Positions 19,059 through 28,052 of a DNA stretch of 55,287 bases are shown here, piece by piece. The DNA comes from a virus (Duplodnaviria; Caudoviricetes). Below the pieces are notes generated by a model. It did not search any database. It worked only from the letters and a program-made list of their open reading frames with translations, and had not been told where the DNA came from. Position 1 is the stretch's first letter, and each line of letters begins with the position of its first letter. Made by a program: the position numbers and the translations under genes. Where the stretch lies: the IMG/VR virus record IMGVR_UViG_3300024999_000131, positions 1-55,287 of that record. One strand, written 5' to 3'.

Positions 19059-19361
19059 ATGAAGAAAATAAGTTTCCTTATTGGGACATTAATTTTATCT
19101 GTAGCACTTACTGGTTGTGGGGCAGAAATTACCGAAAAACCAGTAAAATTCAAAATTATTGATGTATCTGCAAACAATTACGGAACTATTTTGATTTTGG
19201 TTGATGAAACAAATAATCGTGTTACAAAGCATACAGTTTATGATAACTACAAATTTAATACGGATTTTAAAATTAAAAGTAAAGAAGATTTGATTGGAAA
19301 ATATCTTTATAGTGATGTATATTCAAGCTTAAAACAAAATACAGTAATTAAATCAGAATAA
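19059..19361 (+). CDS. Putative lipoprotein
   Basis: MKKISFLIGTLILSVALTG-C lipobox. Confidence 0.75.
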   Translation: MKKISFLIGTLILSVALTGCGAEITEKPVKFKIIDVSANNYGTILILVDETNNRVTKHTVYDNYKFNTDFKIKSKEDLIGKYLYSDVYSSLKQNTVIKSE

Positions 19362-19406
19362 AAAGTCTAATTCGAAGGAATTTAAAATAAAAAGGAGAGA
19401 ATACAA

Positions 19407-20051
19407 ATGTTTTACGATGACGAAAGTAGAGAACCTTATTATAATCCAGAAGATTTTTTAGAGGAATACGAAGTAAACCTAAGGGAAATTATTGCCAAAG
19501 CAGTTAATGACAAGATTAAGAATACAATTGAAAAACTACAATTGACAGAAGACGAAAACAAGAGACTCAGTAAAGAAATCAGTGAATTAAAAAGAGGCAT
19601 ATTTAATACTGATAGATTACATAAGGAACAATTAGACAAAGCGTTGAAAGAAAAAGAATTAGAAATTCAGAGGAAATTAAATTGTGGTTTTGTCCCCCAT
19701 GATAAAGTTTGGTATATTGAATCAAAAGCAAAACAGACAAAATGCGAACAATGTAATGGGAATTATAATGTTGAAGTTGAAGTATTGGGTAAGAAGACAA
19801 AGGCTAGTTGTCCACATTGTTCTTATGGGAATATCACAACTTATACATATTCTGTAAAACAAGATATTGTATCTTCTATTTATTATAATTATCATAGAGA
19901 AGATAGAAATAAAAATCAGGGAATAATTCTAAATGTAGATAAAATATATTTGGATAAGTATGATGGTCAAAAAGATTTAAAGAATTTATATAAGACCCTA
20001 GAAGAGGCTCAGATAGAATGTGATATTAGGAATGCAAAGGCAATAGGATGA
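19407..20051 (+). CDS. Hypothetical protein with coiled coil and CxxCxG motifs
   Basis: AAAGGAG RBS. Confidence 0.75.
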   Translation: MFYDDESREPYYNPEDFLEEYEVNLREIIAKAVNDKIKNTIEKLQLTEDENKRLSKEISELKRGIFNTDRLHKEQLDKALKEKELEIQRKLNCGFVPHDKVWYIESKAKQTKCEQCNGNYNVEVEVLGKKTKASCPHCSYGNITTYTYSVKQDIVSSIYYNYHREDRNKNQGIILNVDKIYLDKYDGQKDLKNLYKTLEEAQIECDIRNAKAIG

Positions 20052-20089
20052 AAAATTAGATTTATCGTATTTAGAAAGGAGGAAGGTAT

Positions 20090-20329
20090 GTGTTAGAAAT
20101 AGTTAGTGTTAAATCTGATGATTGGAACGCAATTTATGTAAATGGAGAGAAGTTGGTTGAACATCACAGTATTAATTGGGAATGGTTTCTTCAAGTCTTA
20201 TCAGATAGGGGATTAATTACATATAAACTCAGAGAATATGAGCTTACTGAAAATGCTGTAGAAAAAGTTTTGAAATGTAGTTATCCTGAAAAAGTAAGTG
20301 AATTTCCTAAAAAGTTGCACATAGTATAA
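20090..20329 (+). CDS. Hypothetical protein
   Basis: AAAGGAGG RBS. Confidence 0.65.
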   Translation: MLEIVSVKSDDWNAIYVNGEKLVEHHSINWEWFLQVLSDRGLITYKLREYELTENAVEKVLKCSYPEKVSEFPKKLHIV

Positions 20330-20369
20330 AAGTTTCATTTGCTAGGATTATAAAGGAGGAAAATAAAAA

Positions 20370-20693
20370 TTGAATTGTGTAATTTGTGATAAAGAGATCA
20401 AAGAGAGTAGTTATAGTCATAAAATAATTTGTGGTGATAAATGCTTTTATATTGATTTTTGGAATGATAAGGTAAAAATTAAAGACAACAAGAACACTGT
20501 AAGAATTGATGGAAAGCACTATCATATTGGAAACGAAAATAGTAGAAGTTCGTTTAGAGGTTTTGGTGGAGATAAATGTATAATCAAATTCTTTGATGGT
20601 AGAGAAGTGGTTACTACTAACCTTTGGCATAATGGTACTATTCCAGAAAGTCATAAAGAATTACTGCCAGATAATGCAAAGTTTATTAAATAG
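20370..20693 (+). CDS. Hypothetical phage protein
   Basis: AAAGGAGG RBS; GFGG...TTNLWHNGTIP...LPDNAKF. Confidence 0.7.
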   Translation: MNCVICDKEIKESSYSHKIICGDKCFYIDFWNDKVKIKDNKNTVRIDGKHYHIGNENSRSSFRGFGGDKCIIKFFDGREVVTTNLWHNGTIPESHKELLPDNAKFIK

Positions 20694-21086
20694 TATCCAT
20701 AGCAGTATATGATTTGAATTTAAATAAGGAGTGATTTATTATGAAAAAGATTGATCTGTTTATATCATTTGGAGCAGGATTAATGACATTTGGTTCTATC
20801 TTTAATTATCTTACTTGTGATTATGCTTGGGCATTAATTCAATTTAAAATTGTATTGGGGTTTGGAGTTGTCGCGTTTCTAAGAAATAGAGCTATTAAAA
20901 CTAAATGGTGTACAAAATGAGCAAAGACGGATTAACAAATAAACATCTTCAAATTATTCGTGAAGGTATTATAATGTTAGAGTGTGATTCTTGTTCTTTA
21001 GTTAAAGAATGTCAACGAAGTGACAATACTTTTTGTAGTGATATTGGTGAGTGGTTAAAAATAAGAATGGAGGTAAATAATTAAAA

Positions 21087-21422
21087 ATGAACATTGATTT
21101 TAATATTTATAAATTAAAGAAAGATAGCAAAACATATAAACAATGGTCAACAAAAGATTACATGCAAAAAGAATTAGATTGTGACATTATCATTGTTGGA
21201 GAAGAAATGTTAGGTGATAAATTATATCTTAGAGGTCTTACTGTCGGTGAGAAAGGGTTATGTTTAATTGGTGGATTATTGTTAGATGAATCTGGATACT
21301 TAATTCCAGAAGAAGATTTAGAATACACATCTTGTTCATCAGAGTTTAACATTCATAAGAAGTATCTAAATGTGAGAATTATCGAAGATATTCAGAGAAT
21401 CAATGAGAGATTGGTTAAATAA
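21087..21422 (+). CDS. Hypothetical protein
   Basis: GGAGG RBS. Confidence 0.65.
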   Translation: MNIDFNIYKLKKDSKTYKQWSTKDYMQKELDCDIIIVGEEMLGDKLYLRGLTVGEKGLCLIGGLLLDESGYLIPEEDLEYTSCSSEFNIHKKYLNVRIIEDIQRINERLVK

Positions 21423-21446
21423 ATAAATTAGGAAGAAGGAATAAAA

Positions 21447-21890
21447 ATGAAAAGTATTTTCAAAGGCAAGAACATTCAAAAGGTATATAAGTTTGAAAAA
21501 TATTCCAGTTACCAGTATAATAAAATTCCATATATTTTAATAGTTGATGAAATTGAAAGCTTTGAAACTATTTTAGAAACAGAATTAGATAAACCACCTC
21601 TTAGTATGCATGATCAATTTTACTTGGTAAAAGAAGACAAAATTATAAATATTGAAAAAGCATTGCGTGGAACAGATAATGTAATGGTTTATTTGACTGA
21701 TGTTGTTTTAAGCACAAAAGAAGAGACAGATGAATCACTTAAAGAAGCAATCAAGAAGAGAGACAAATATTTAATTGATTTAGAAAAATATAATAAAGAT
21801 TATGCTCGAAGAGAAAAGATTGAAGATTATAGAAGAAAATATAGAGACACATTGTTTTTTGTACGATGGTTTATGAAAAAACCAGAGTAG
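21447..21890 (+). CDS. Hypothetical protein
   Basis: GAAGGA RBS. Confidence 0.7.
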   Translation: MKSIFKGKNIQKVYKFEKYSSYQYNKIPYILIVDEIESFETILETELDKPPLSMHDQFYLVKEDKIINIEKALRGTDNVMVYLTDVVLSTKEETDESLKEAIKKRDKYLIDLEKYNKDYARREKIEDYRRKYRDTLFFVRWFMKKPE

Positions 21891-21924
21891 ATTTTTCTAA
21901 TAAACGAATTATTTAAGTGAAGGA

Positions 21925-22143
21925 ATGAATAAGATGTTAGATTTTGTTGAAAACGACATACTGCTTTTTAGATTGTTAGAGGATATTGGAAATAGAATTG
22001 AAGGATATAATTATATTAAATTCAGTGAAACAGACAAATATAATACATGGAATTTAGAAAAGGATTTATTAAATCGCAAAGAAAGACTTAATAAAGACAT
22101 AAATATTTTAGTTCAACATATTCTAGAAACATATAAGTCTTAA
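21925..22143 (+). CDS. Hypothetical protein
   Basis: ORF track. Confidence 0.55.
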   Translation: MNKMLDFVENDILLFRLLEDIGNRIEGYNYIKFSETDKYNTWNLEKDLLNRKERLNKDINILVQHILETYKS

Positions 22144-22171
22144 ATAAATAAAATGAAGGAGAATTAAACGT

Positions 22172-22489
22172 ATGGAACTGCTAAATTTACATGACAAAGT
22201 TTATGACTGCTATACCAATAAAGTCAAAGGAAATAAACTACTCACATATGAAATGGTTCAGCGAAAATTAACTCGTAATTATCACTTATCCAAGAAAATA
22301 AAATTAGGTTCACAGGAATTATGTCTGTACGGGTGTTTGACATTTCTTGTGAGCGAAGGTTGTATTTTGTGGATAAAGAACTATATAGGCACTGATACCT
22401 CATGGTTTACAAAAGATATGAAGAAATACAACAAACTCAATGAGCAATTAGGAATTGATAATAATTTAAGAGAATTTAAGCTTGACTAA
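22172..22489 (+). CDS. Hypothetical protein
   Basis: AAGGAG RBS. Confidence 0.7.
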   Translation: MELLNLHDKVYDCYTNKVKGNKLLTYEMVQRKLTRNYHLSKKIKLGSQELCLYGCLTFLVSEGCILWIKNYIGTDTSWFTKDMKKYNKLNEQLGIDNNLREFKLD

Positions 22490-22510
22490 ATATAAAAATA
22501 ATTATATAAT
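22482..22510 (+). promoter_or_regulatory. SigA-type promoter
   Basis: TTGACT-17 nt-TATAAT. Confidence 0.6.
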
Positions 22511-22730
22511 GAAAGAGGAATAATGAATTGGCTGAAATGATATTAGCATATCTTAAAAAGGAAGCAGATAAAGAAGTTATAAGAAAAGCTAAAGCAAAAG
22601 AGCAAGATATAAGAGGATACATAATTGGGAGTGTTTATAAGGCACAAAAGAAGCGAAGAAAGTATATGGGGAGGTAGAAGAGAATATATGTAGAATACCA
22701 ACAAATGACTCATTTATTGGAGGTGAATTA

Positions 22731-22925
22731 ATGATTGAAGAATCAAACGTATATAAAGTATTTTATAGTTTTAAAAGAAATAATAAGTCAGAATGGGAAG
22801 ATACTTTTCAATATGTTCAGGTTAAGACAAAAGATGAAGCTATATTTTCTACTGAAAGGATGATAAGTAATCAAGGTCATCATAGCTGGTTTGTCGGAGC
22901 AGGACAATTAATCCCAAAAAATTAA
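22731..22925 (+). CDS. Hypothetical protein
   Basis: GGAGGTG RBS overlapping the repeat right arm. Confidence 0.65.
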   Translation: MIEESNVYKVFYSFKRNNKSEWEDTFQYVQVKTKDEAIFSTERMISNQGHHSWFVGAGQLIPKN

Positions 22926-22956
22926 GAATTCATTGGAAAGAGAGGAAGATATAAGA

Positions 22957-23229
22957 ATGGAAAATGTTATTGTTGGTCAATTAATTGAAGTTTCTCAGAA
23001 TAAAACATGGTGTTATGGAGTTGTTGTGGAAGTTTTTGATGATATGTACCATATTGAAAAAGAATATGGCGGTAGAGTGATGTCACACGATAGAGATAAA
23101 ATGGATCAGCAAGAAATTAATGATTCCCTAGTTTTAAATTTATATACTAGACCACTATATAAAGATGGCAAACCTGTAATGTCTAGGAAGAATTTGTTTG
23201 GTAAATATACGTTTAAACCAAAATATTAA
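22957..23229 (+). CDS. Hypothetical protein
   Basis: GAGG RBS before ATG 22957. Confidence 0.65.
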   Translation: MENVIVGQLIEVSQNKTWCYGVVVEVFDDMYHIEKEYGGRVMSHDRDKMDQQEINDSLVLNLYTRPLYKDGKPVMSRKNLFGKYTFKPKY

Positions 23230-23275
23230 CCTTGGAAATGTAGTTTTTAATGGATTGAAAGGAGGGGTGATATTT

Positions 23276-23446
23276 ATGGATACATTAATATGGATTAAAT
23301 TAATTTCATTAGTAATTGCAATTTGGTTTTCTATAGTTATTGTTGCTAAAATTATTTATAAGCAAAATGTAACGCAATTGACATTTATGATTCATGCTGT
23401 TTCTTTAGTAGCATTTTTAACAATTCAATTTAGGTTATATCAATAA
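23276..23446 (+). CDS. Small membrane protein
   Basis: AAAGGAGGGGTG RBS; two hydrophobic segments. Confidence 0.65.
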   Translation: MDTLIWIKLISLVIAIWFSIVIVAKIIYKQNVTQLTFMIHAVSLVAFLTIQFRLYQ

Positions 23447-23477
23447 TAAGTAATATTATGGAAGAAGGAATACATAA

Positions 23478-23777
23478 ATGAAAAATATTATTATCACTTT
23501 AGTATTATGTTTATCATTATTATTTGTAACAACTAGCGTAGCTTTTGCAGAAGGAGTAACAATTCAACAAGGAACACAACAAAATATTCATGTTGTTAAG
23601 AAATTACATCTTTCTACTACAGATAAATCTATTGGTGGTGTGTGCGGAGGTCTTGGAGAATATTTTGGGATTGATTCGTCATTTATTAGAATTGGCTTTG
23701 TAGTGTTTACTTTAGCAGGAGGAGCAGGAATTTTAGTTTATTTAGTTATGTGGGCAATATTACCCGAAGGAATTTAA
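23478..23777 (+). CDS. PspC domain protein with N-terminal signal peptide
   Basis: KKLHLSTTDKSIGGVCGGLGEYFGIDSSFIRIGFV...GILVYLVMWAILP. Confidence 0.85.
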   Translation: MKNIIITLVLCLSLLFVTTSVAFAEGVTIQQGTQQNIHVVKKLHLSTTDKSIGGVCGGLGEYFGIDSSFIRIGFVVFTLAGGAGILVYLVMWAILPEGI

Positions 23778-23824
23778 ATAATACGATGAAAACAAGTTTG
23801 AATGGATTGGAGGTGAAAATATAA

Positions 23825-24040
23825 ATGGAAGAAAAGATTAATCAATTACATCAATTAATAAAGGATATTTTTCCTGATGCGGTTTATGTTGAAGTTATTG
23901 TAAATAGTCAAGAGATACAGGTCAATCCTAAATTTAAAACAAACGTATCAGAATTTACGATGAAAACTATTACAGGGAAATGGGTTAAACGTAACACCTA
24001 CCATTATTATGATTGCATGGGTTATGCTTGCTTTTATTAA
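23825..24040 (+). CDS. Hypothetical protein
   Basis: GGAGGTG RBS. Confidence 0.6.
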   Translation: MEEKINQLHQLIKDIFPDAVYVEVIVNSQEIQVNPKFKTNVSEFTMKTITGKWVKRNTYHYYDCMGYACFY

Positions 24041-24215
24041 AGGTTCAGTTTTTAAGAAAATGGACTTATCAATAGAAGAAAATCGCAAAATATATTTAGC
24101 AAAAGCTTACTTATCTAAGCGAACATTGCGTGGGATTATTTTAAATTTAGCATTTCTTAGTTACTTTGGGTATATGTTTTATTTATTAGTGTTAATTTAA
24201 GGATGGTGAATAGAA

Positions 24216-24539
24216 TTGAATACAATAATTATTAATGGGACTAAGATTCAAACAAGTGGAAATAATATTTCAGTTGTAAATGGCAATGTATATGTTGATG
24301 GTAAAATCACTTTGTCTGGTCTATCAGGTGATGTAAATATTAAATTTGAAGGTGATTTAGCATCTTTAAAATGTGATGGAGGTGCTGAGATAACTGGTAA
24401 TATTAAAGGCAATGTAAATGTAGGAGGATCATTAGAATGTGGTGATATTGGCGGTTCAGTTGATGCAGGAGGTTCTGTAAGATGTGGTAAAGTATTTGGG
24501 GATATCGATGCAGGTGGAAGTGTTAAGTGTAGTAGATAA
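24216..24539 (+). CDS. Gly-rich beta-solenoid-like repeat protein
   Basis: Repeated GxVxxGGSVxCG units. Confidence 0.7.
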   Translation: MNTIIINGTKIQTSGNNISVVNGNVYVDGKITLSGLSGDVNIKFEGDLASLKCDGGAEITGNIKGNVNVGGSLECGDIGGSVDAGGSVRCGKVFGDIDAGGSVKCSR

Positions 24540-24558
24540 GAATAAAGGAAAGAATAAA

Positions 24559-24813
24559 ATGCTTAGAGATAAGATTATTTTCAGAATAGAATCTAAAAAT
24601 AAATCTCAAGTCTTCATTGAATTAAGAAGAAATGATATTTTAAATTATGATAGTATATTAGATTGGTGGCAACATAAATACACGGCAGAATGCGGAGATA
24701 TTACAATTACAGACTCTAATATGTTGTTTGCTATATGTAAATTAGCATTAAAACTTCAAGAAGATAGGGTTGGGTATTACAGAGAACTTGAAGAACGTGG
24801 ATTTAGAAAATAA
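24559..24813 (+). CDS. Hypothetical protein
   Basis: AAAGGA RBS before ATG 24559. Confidence 0.6.
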   Translation: MLRDKIIFRIESKNKSQVFIELRRNDILNYDSILDWWQHKYTAECGDITITDSNMLFAICKLALKLQEDRVGYYRELEERGFRK

Positions 24814-25015
24814 ATTCAAATAGAAAGGGATTGTATCAATGTTAATTCATTGCAGAAATTCGCTTTGTAAATATTATTGGGAAGATTCATGCACTATTAT
24901 TCTAGAGAATAAACTTGTAGCACTTGATGAGAACGGTAAATGCGAAGAGCAAAAAGAAGGCATTAGCGATTGGTATAAAGAAGGATGATTTTATTAAATA
25001 TAAAAATAAAATTGT

Positions 25016-25044
25016 TTGACATATGGTTGTGAAAATGTTATAAT
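25016..25044 (+). promoter_or_regulatory. SigA-type promoter (extended -10)
   Basis: TTGACA-17 nt-TATAAT with TG extension and A-tract. Confidence 0.8.
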
Positions 25045-25086
25045 TATTATGAGTCAAAAAATTAAAAGAAGGGAGAATTAAACTAA

Positions 25087-25308
25087 ATGAACGATCCATA
25101 TTTAAAAGTTGGTAAAATATTCTATCCTGTTCATCCGATTTATAAAACTACATATGTTACAGTAGGAAAACCACATTGTTGTCCTGTTTGTCATGGAAGT
25201 GGAATAGTAGACAAAGGATTTTTTAATAGAACAGGTGATTCTTGGGTTAATAGTGGTGGTACAGAAAAATGTAAAGCTTGTGATGGTAAAATGATTGTTT
25301 GGGGCTAA
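25087..25308 (+). CDS. Small CxxCxGxG Zn-finger protein
   Basis: CPVCHGSG...CKACDGK. Confidence 0.65.
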   Translation: MNDPYLKVGKIFYPVHPIYKTTYVTVGKPHCCPVCHGSGIVDKGFFNRTGDSWVNSGGTEKCKACDGKMIVWG

Positions 25309-25352
25309 CATATTATCAAGGTAATGCAATGTGCCGAAAAGGAGAATTAACT

Positions 25353-25745
25353 ATGAAAATATCTAATTTCACAAATATCTTTAAATTTATGCAAACTAAA
25401 TTCCCAGTGGAAGAATGCATAGAGAAAGACAAGAAAGAAGAAGCAATATATAATTCAAAGAATAAATATTTATGTTTAGTTATTGATAAAAGATTTAAAG
25501 ATAATATAGAATTAAAAATTATGACTCCTTACATATGGGTAGGAAACGAATCAAGATATTCAGGACATGAAGATTTTAAAGACTTTATTGGTTATGGATG
25601 GATTAATGAAAATGGTTATTATATTGATAATTTTGAGAATCCCATACATGTTGTTGATGATGAAATTGTAATAGGATTTGTACCATATGAAGATAAAAAT
25701 AGCGACGATTTGAAATTATGGGATATTGTAAAGGAAGAAGATTAG
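25353..25745 (+). CDS. Hypothetical protein
   Basis: AAAGGAG RBS before ATG 25353. Confidence 0.65.
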   Translation: MKISNFTNIFKFMQTKFPVEECIEKDKKEEAIYNSKNKYLCLVIDKRFKDNIELKIMTPYIWVGNESRYSGHEDFKDFIGYGWINENGYYIDNFENPIHVVDDEIVIGFVPYEDKNSDDLKLWDIVKEED

Positions 25746-25783
25746 TAAATATTTTAGATGTGAATCGAGGTGATAATAATTAA

Positions 25784-26365
25784 TTGAATTATAATAGACC
25801 TAAAAATGAGACAGAAACACATTTTCTATTAAAAGAAATATCAAAATACATATTATTCGGTTGGGGATATAATAAATTAGGCACAGAAGTAGGTTCTATG
25901 TGGGATAATGACATATCAAAATTATTTAACAAACAAGGTAAGTCACAGAAAAATATTGTGGATTGTGTTGGTTTAAAGAAGGTATCATTAGGTAGAGGTA
26001 AGTTCTATTATGACATGAAAGCAATTGAAGCAAAAGCAAGTTTAAGTGATTATAAAAATGGTTTTTGTGGAGCTTGTGCAAGGACATATATTATAAGCAC
26101 AGTAAATACCATACCAATTGAACTTTTGCCAAAACACATAGGATACATAGAAATTGATCTTGATAAATTTGAACTAAAGAAGTATTCTCAGAAGATTTCT
26201 GATATGCAAGGTGTTAACTTAGTCCGACAAGCTAAAAAGAAAATTGATTCAAGATTTAAAGATGAAGAAAAGTATAAAAAATGGTGTGCTGAAAGTTTGG
26301 AAAGAGTTGCTTATAGAAGTAGTAGCGAATTGTTGTTTTGGAGGAATTTCATAGAGTTTAGTTGA
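25784..26365 (+). CDS. PD-(D/E)xK superfamily nuclease-like protein (MmcB-like)
   Basis: TEV...VDCVG...IEAKASLSDYKNG. Confidence 0.55.
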   Translation: MNYNRPKNETETHFLLKEISKYILFGWGYNKLGTEVGSMWDNDISKLFNKQGKSQKNIVDCVGLKKVSLGRGKFYYDMKAIEAKASLSDYKNGFCGACARTYIISTVNTIPIELLPKHIGYIEIDLDKFELKKYSQKISDMQGVNLVRQAKKKIDSRFKDEEKYKKWCAESLERVAYRSSSELLFWRNFIEFS

Positions 26366-26397
26366 TAGAAAATAATAAATTTAGGAGGAAATACGCA

Positions 26398-26673
26398 ATG
26401 TCTAAATATCGTAAGAAAGCAATAATAATTGAAGCAAAAGTTTATCAAAGTGGAATGGAAGATGGGTATGCTTGTTACGCAATAGGTGGTAAATTTATAG
26501 GATACTATGATAAAAATGGAGCATTACCAAAAACAAGTAGAATTCCAGCAATTAAAACGCTTGAAGGATTTCATGAGATTGACGAAGGCGACTATATCAT
26601 TACAGGTGTAAAAGGTGAAAGATATCCTTGCAAACCTGATATTTTTGAAATGACGTATAAATTAATAGAATAG
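26398..26673 (+). CDS. Widespread phage protein, paralog of 17588
   Basis: KYRKKAIIIEA...IKTLEG...GDYIITGVKGERYPCKPDIFEMTY. Confidence 0.75.
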   Translation: MSKYRKKAIIIEAKVYQSGMEDGYACYAIGGKFIGYYDKNGALPKTSRIPAIKTLEGFHEIDEGDYIITGVKGERYPCKPDIFEMTYKLIE

Positions 26674-26721
26674 ATTAAAAGTTTAGTTTAATGGGATAAA
26701 GAATAAATTGGAGGAAAGAGT

Positions 26722-27003
26722 ATGAAATTATTAACTAGAGAAAATTTAATTAAATGTTATAAAGGGGCTAAGTCATACGAAAAGAGATATGTTGGAGTAT
26801 TAATTGAAATGACAGGTTTTGAAAAACCAGAAGTAATTATTAATCAAAGTGAAAATTTTGATAAGAAATTAGCATATTATATTGATGCTTACGATGAAAA
26901 TCTTAATCACAAACACGCTCAAGGAATTAAGATCATTGGTTTTACACACGGTAATTACTTTGACGACATCGAAGAAGACTTACTCGTTGGTTTTTATAGA
27001 TAA
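26722..27003 (+). CDS. Hypothetical phage protein
   Basis: GGAGG RBS. Confidence 0.7.
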   Translation: MKLLTRENLIKCYKGAKSYEKRYVGVLIEMTGFEKPEVIINQSENFDKKLAYYIDAYDENLNHKHAQGIKIIGFTHGNYFDDIEEDLLVGFYR

Positions 27004-27224
27004 TCCATCAAACAGTTAATTTATGGTATTTAAAGGAGGTGAAACATGAGAAAAGTAAGATTCCTTAAAGATTTTAATTCTTTTAAGAAAGACACTTATA
27101 GAGTTATCATGGAAGAAACTGCATTCCATTATCGCATTCAAGTTAATTTACATAGTGATGAGTTGTATTGGATTCATAAGGTAGATAACGGTGATATTTA
27201 TCAAGTAGTAGAGAGGAATTAGAA

Positions 27225-27914
27225 ATGAAATTAAAGCATATAAAAATTGGTCAAAAAGTAGTCCCTCATTCAAAGAGCAAAGGAAGTCATTTTAATTCAA
27301 GTTGTTGGAGAAAAGTAAAAGAAAATAAAGATCCATATTTATATGTAATAAGAATTGATGGAAATACAATTGTTTTAGATGATGAAAGAGATGCTGAACT
27401 AGGTGATTATTTCTTACCAGAAGATTTAGAACCATACATAGAAGTAATAAAGCAAAATAATAATGAAAGTAGGAATACTAAAATGAAAAAATCACAATTG
27501 AATAGTTCAATGCTTTTCAAAATGAGAGATGGAGACTTATGTGCTTTGTTAGATGATATTGAAAATGAAAAAATGTTCTGCAATAAAGAAGATATTCAAT
27601 TAGGGTATAGTGATTATGGAATATCAATTAATGATTATGATGAAGATTTATCTCCAGAGGATGAAGCCTATGACATTGTAGCAATTAAACAATTAAATAC
27701 TTGTGTGAAAGTTATTGCTGATGTTTTAGATGAGAATGAGCCAGAAGAGTGGGATTGGGTAGAGGAGGTTGAGAAAGAAGATCCAAAAGTTGAAAATGTT
27801 GCCCAAAATATTACAATTAATATTACCATTGATTCAAAATATGATATTGATAATATTATGTGTCAAATAGAAAATAGTATCAGAAATTTAAATTTTAATC
27901 GTTTTGCTATATGA
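27225..27914 (+). CDS. Hypothetical protein (possible two-domain fusion)
   Basis: GAGAGGA RBS; internal RBS+ATG at 27483. Confidence 0.7.
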   Translation: MKLKHIKIGQKVVPHSKSKGSHFNSSCWRKVKENKDPYLYVIRIDGNTIVLDDERDAELGDYFLPEDLEPYIEVIKQNNNESRNTKMKKSQLNSSMLFKMRDGDLCALLDDIENEKMFCNKEDIQLGYSDYGISINDYDEDLSPEDEAYDIVAIKQLNTCVKVIADVLDENEPEEWDWVEEVEKEDPKVENVAQNITINITIDSKYDIDNIMCQIENSIRNLNFNRFAI

Positions 27915-27992
27915 TGATTTTCAAAACATAACTTCTATTGAATGTGGAATTTTAAGTGGCTTATGTTTTGTTAGAAGTAATAAATAAAATGT

Positions 27993-28021
27993 TTGACATT
28001 GAGATTAGAAAATGTTATAAT
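27993..28021 (+). promoter_or_regulatory. SigA-type promoter (extended -10) upstream of the HD/replication genes
   Basis: TTGACA-17 nt-TATAAT with TG extension, A-tract. Confidence 0.8.
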
Positions 28022-28052
28022 TATTAAGTTGAGTTAATGAAAGGAGTAACGA

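Larger units (their letters stand above)
723..27959. repeat. Dispersed degenerate 26-bp palindrome (10-6-10; TMSNWYRAAA-N6-WTTNAWNSKA) at gene junctions, main cluster
   Basis: Copies start at about 723, 1912, 2628, 2879, 5367, 5674, 9071, 9346, 9467, 9939, 10370, 10594, 11195, 12937, 13561, 13820, 14494, 16481, 16778, 17172, 17535, 17885, 18084, 18312, 18605, 18800, 19023, 19354, 20044, 20322, 21895, 22696, 22912, 23229, 23781, 26671, 27003, 27934. Examples: TACCAACAAA-TGACTC-ATTTATTGGA (22696), TAGGATGAAA-AATTAG-ATTTATCGTA (20044), TGGTTTGAAA-TCTGAC-TTTCAAAGAA (13820). Confidence 0.8.

Noticed and set aside
723-27959. CRISPR array interpretation of the repeated motif
   Set aside because: The repeats are highly degenerate and separated by whole genes of variable length, and no cas operon is present. 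The PD-(D/E)xK nuclease at 34265 sits in the replication operon.
723-27959. Repeats as rho-independent terminators
   Set aside because: The arms are AT-rich and imperfect with no U-tract, and they lie between co-transcribed genes right before RBSs.
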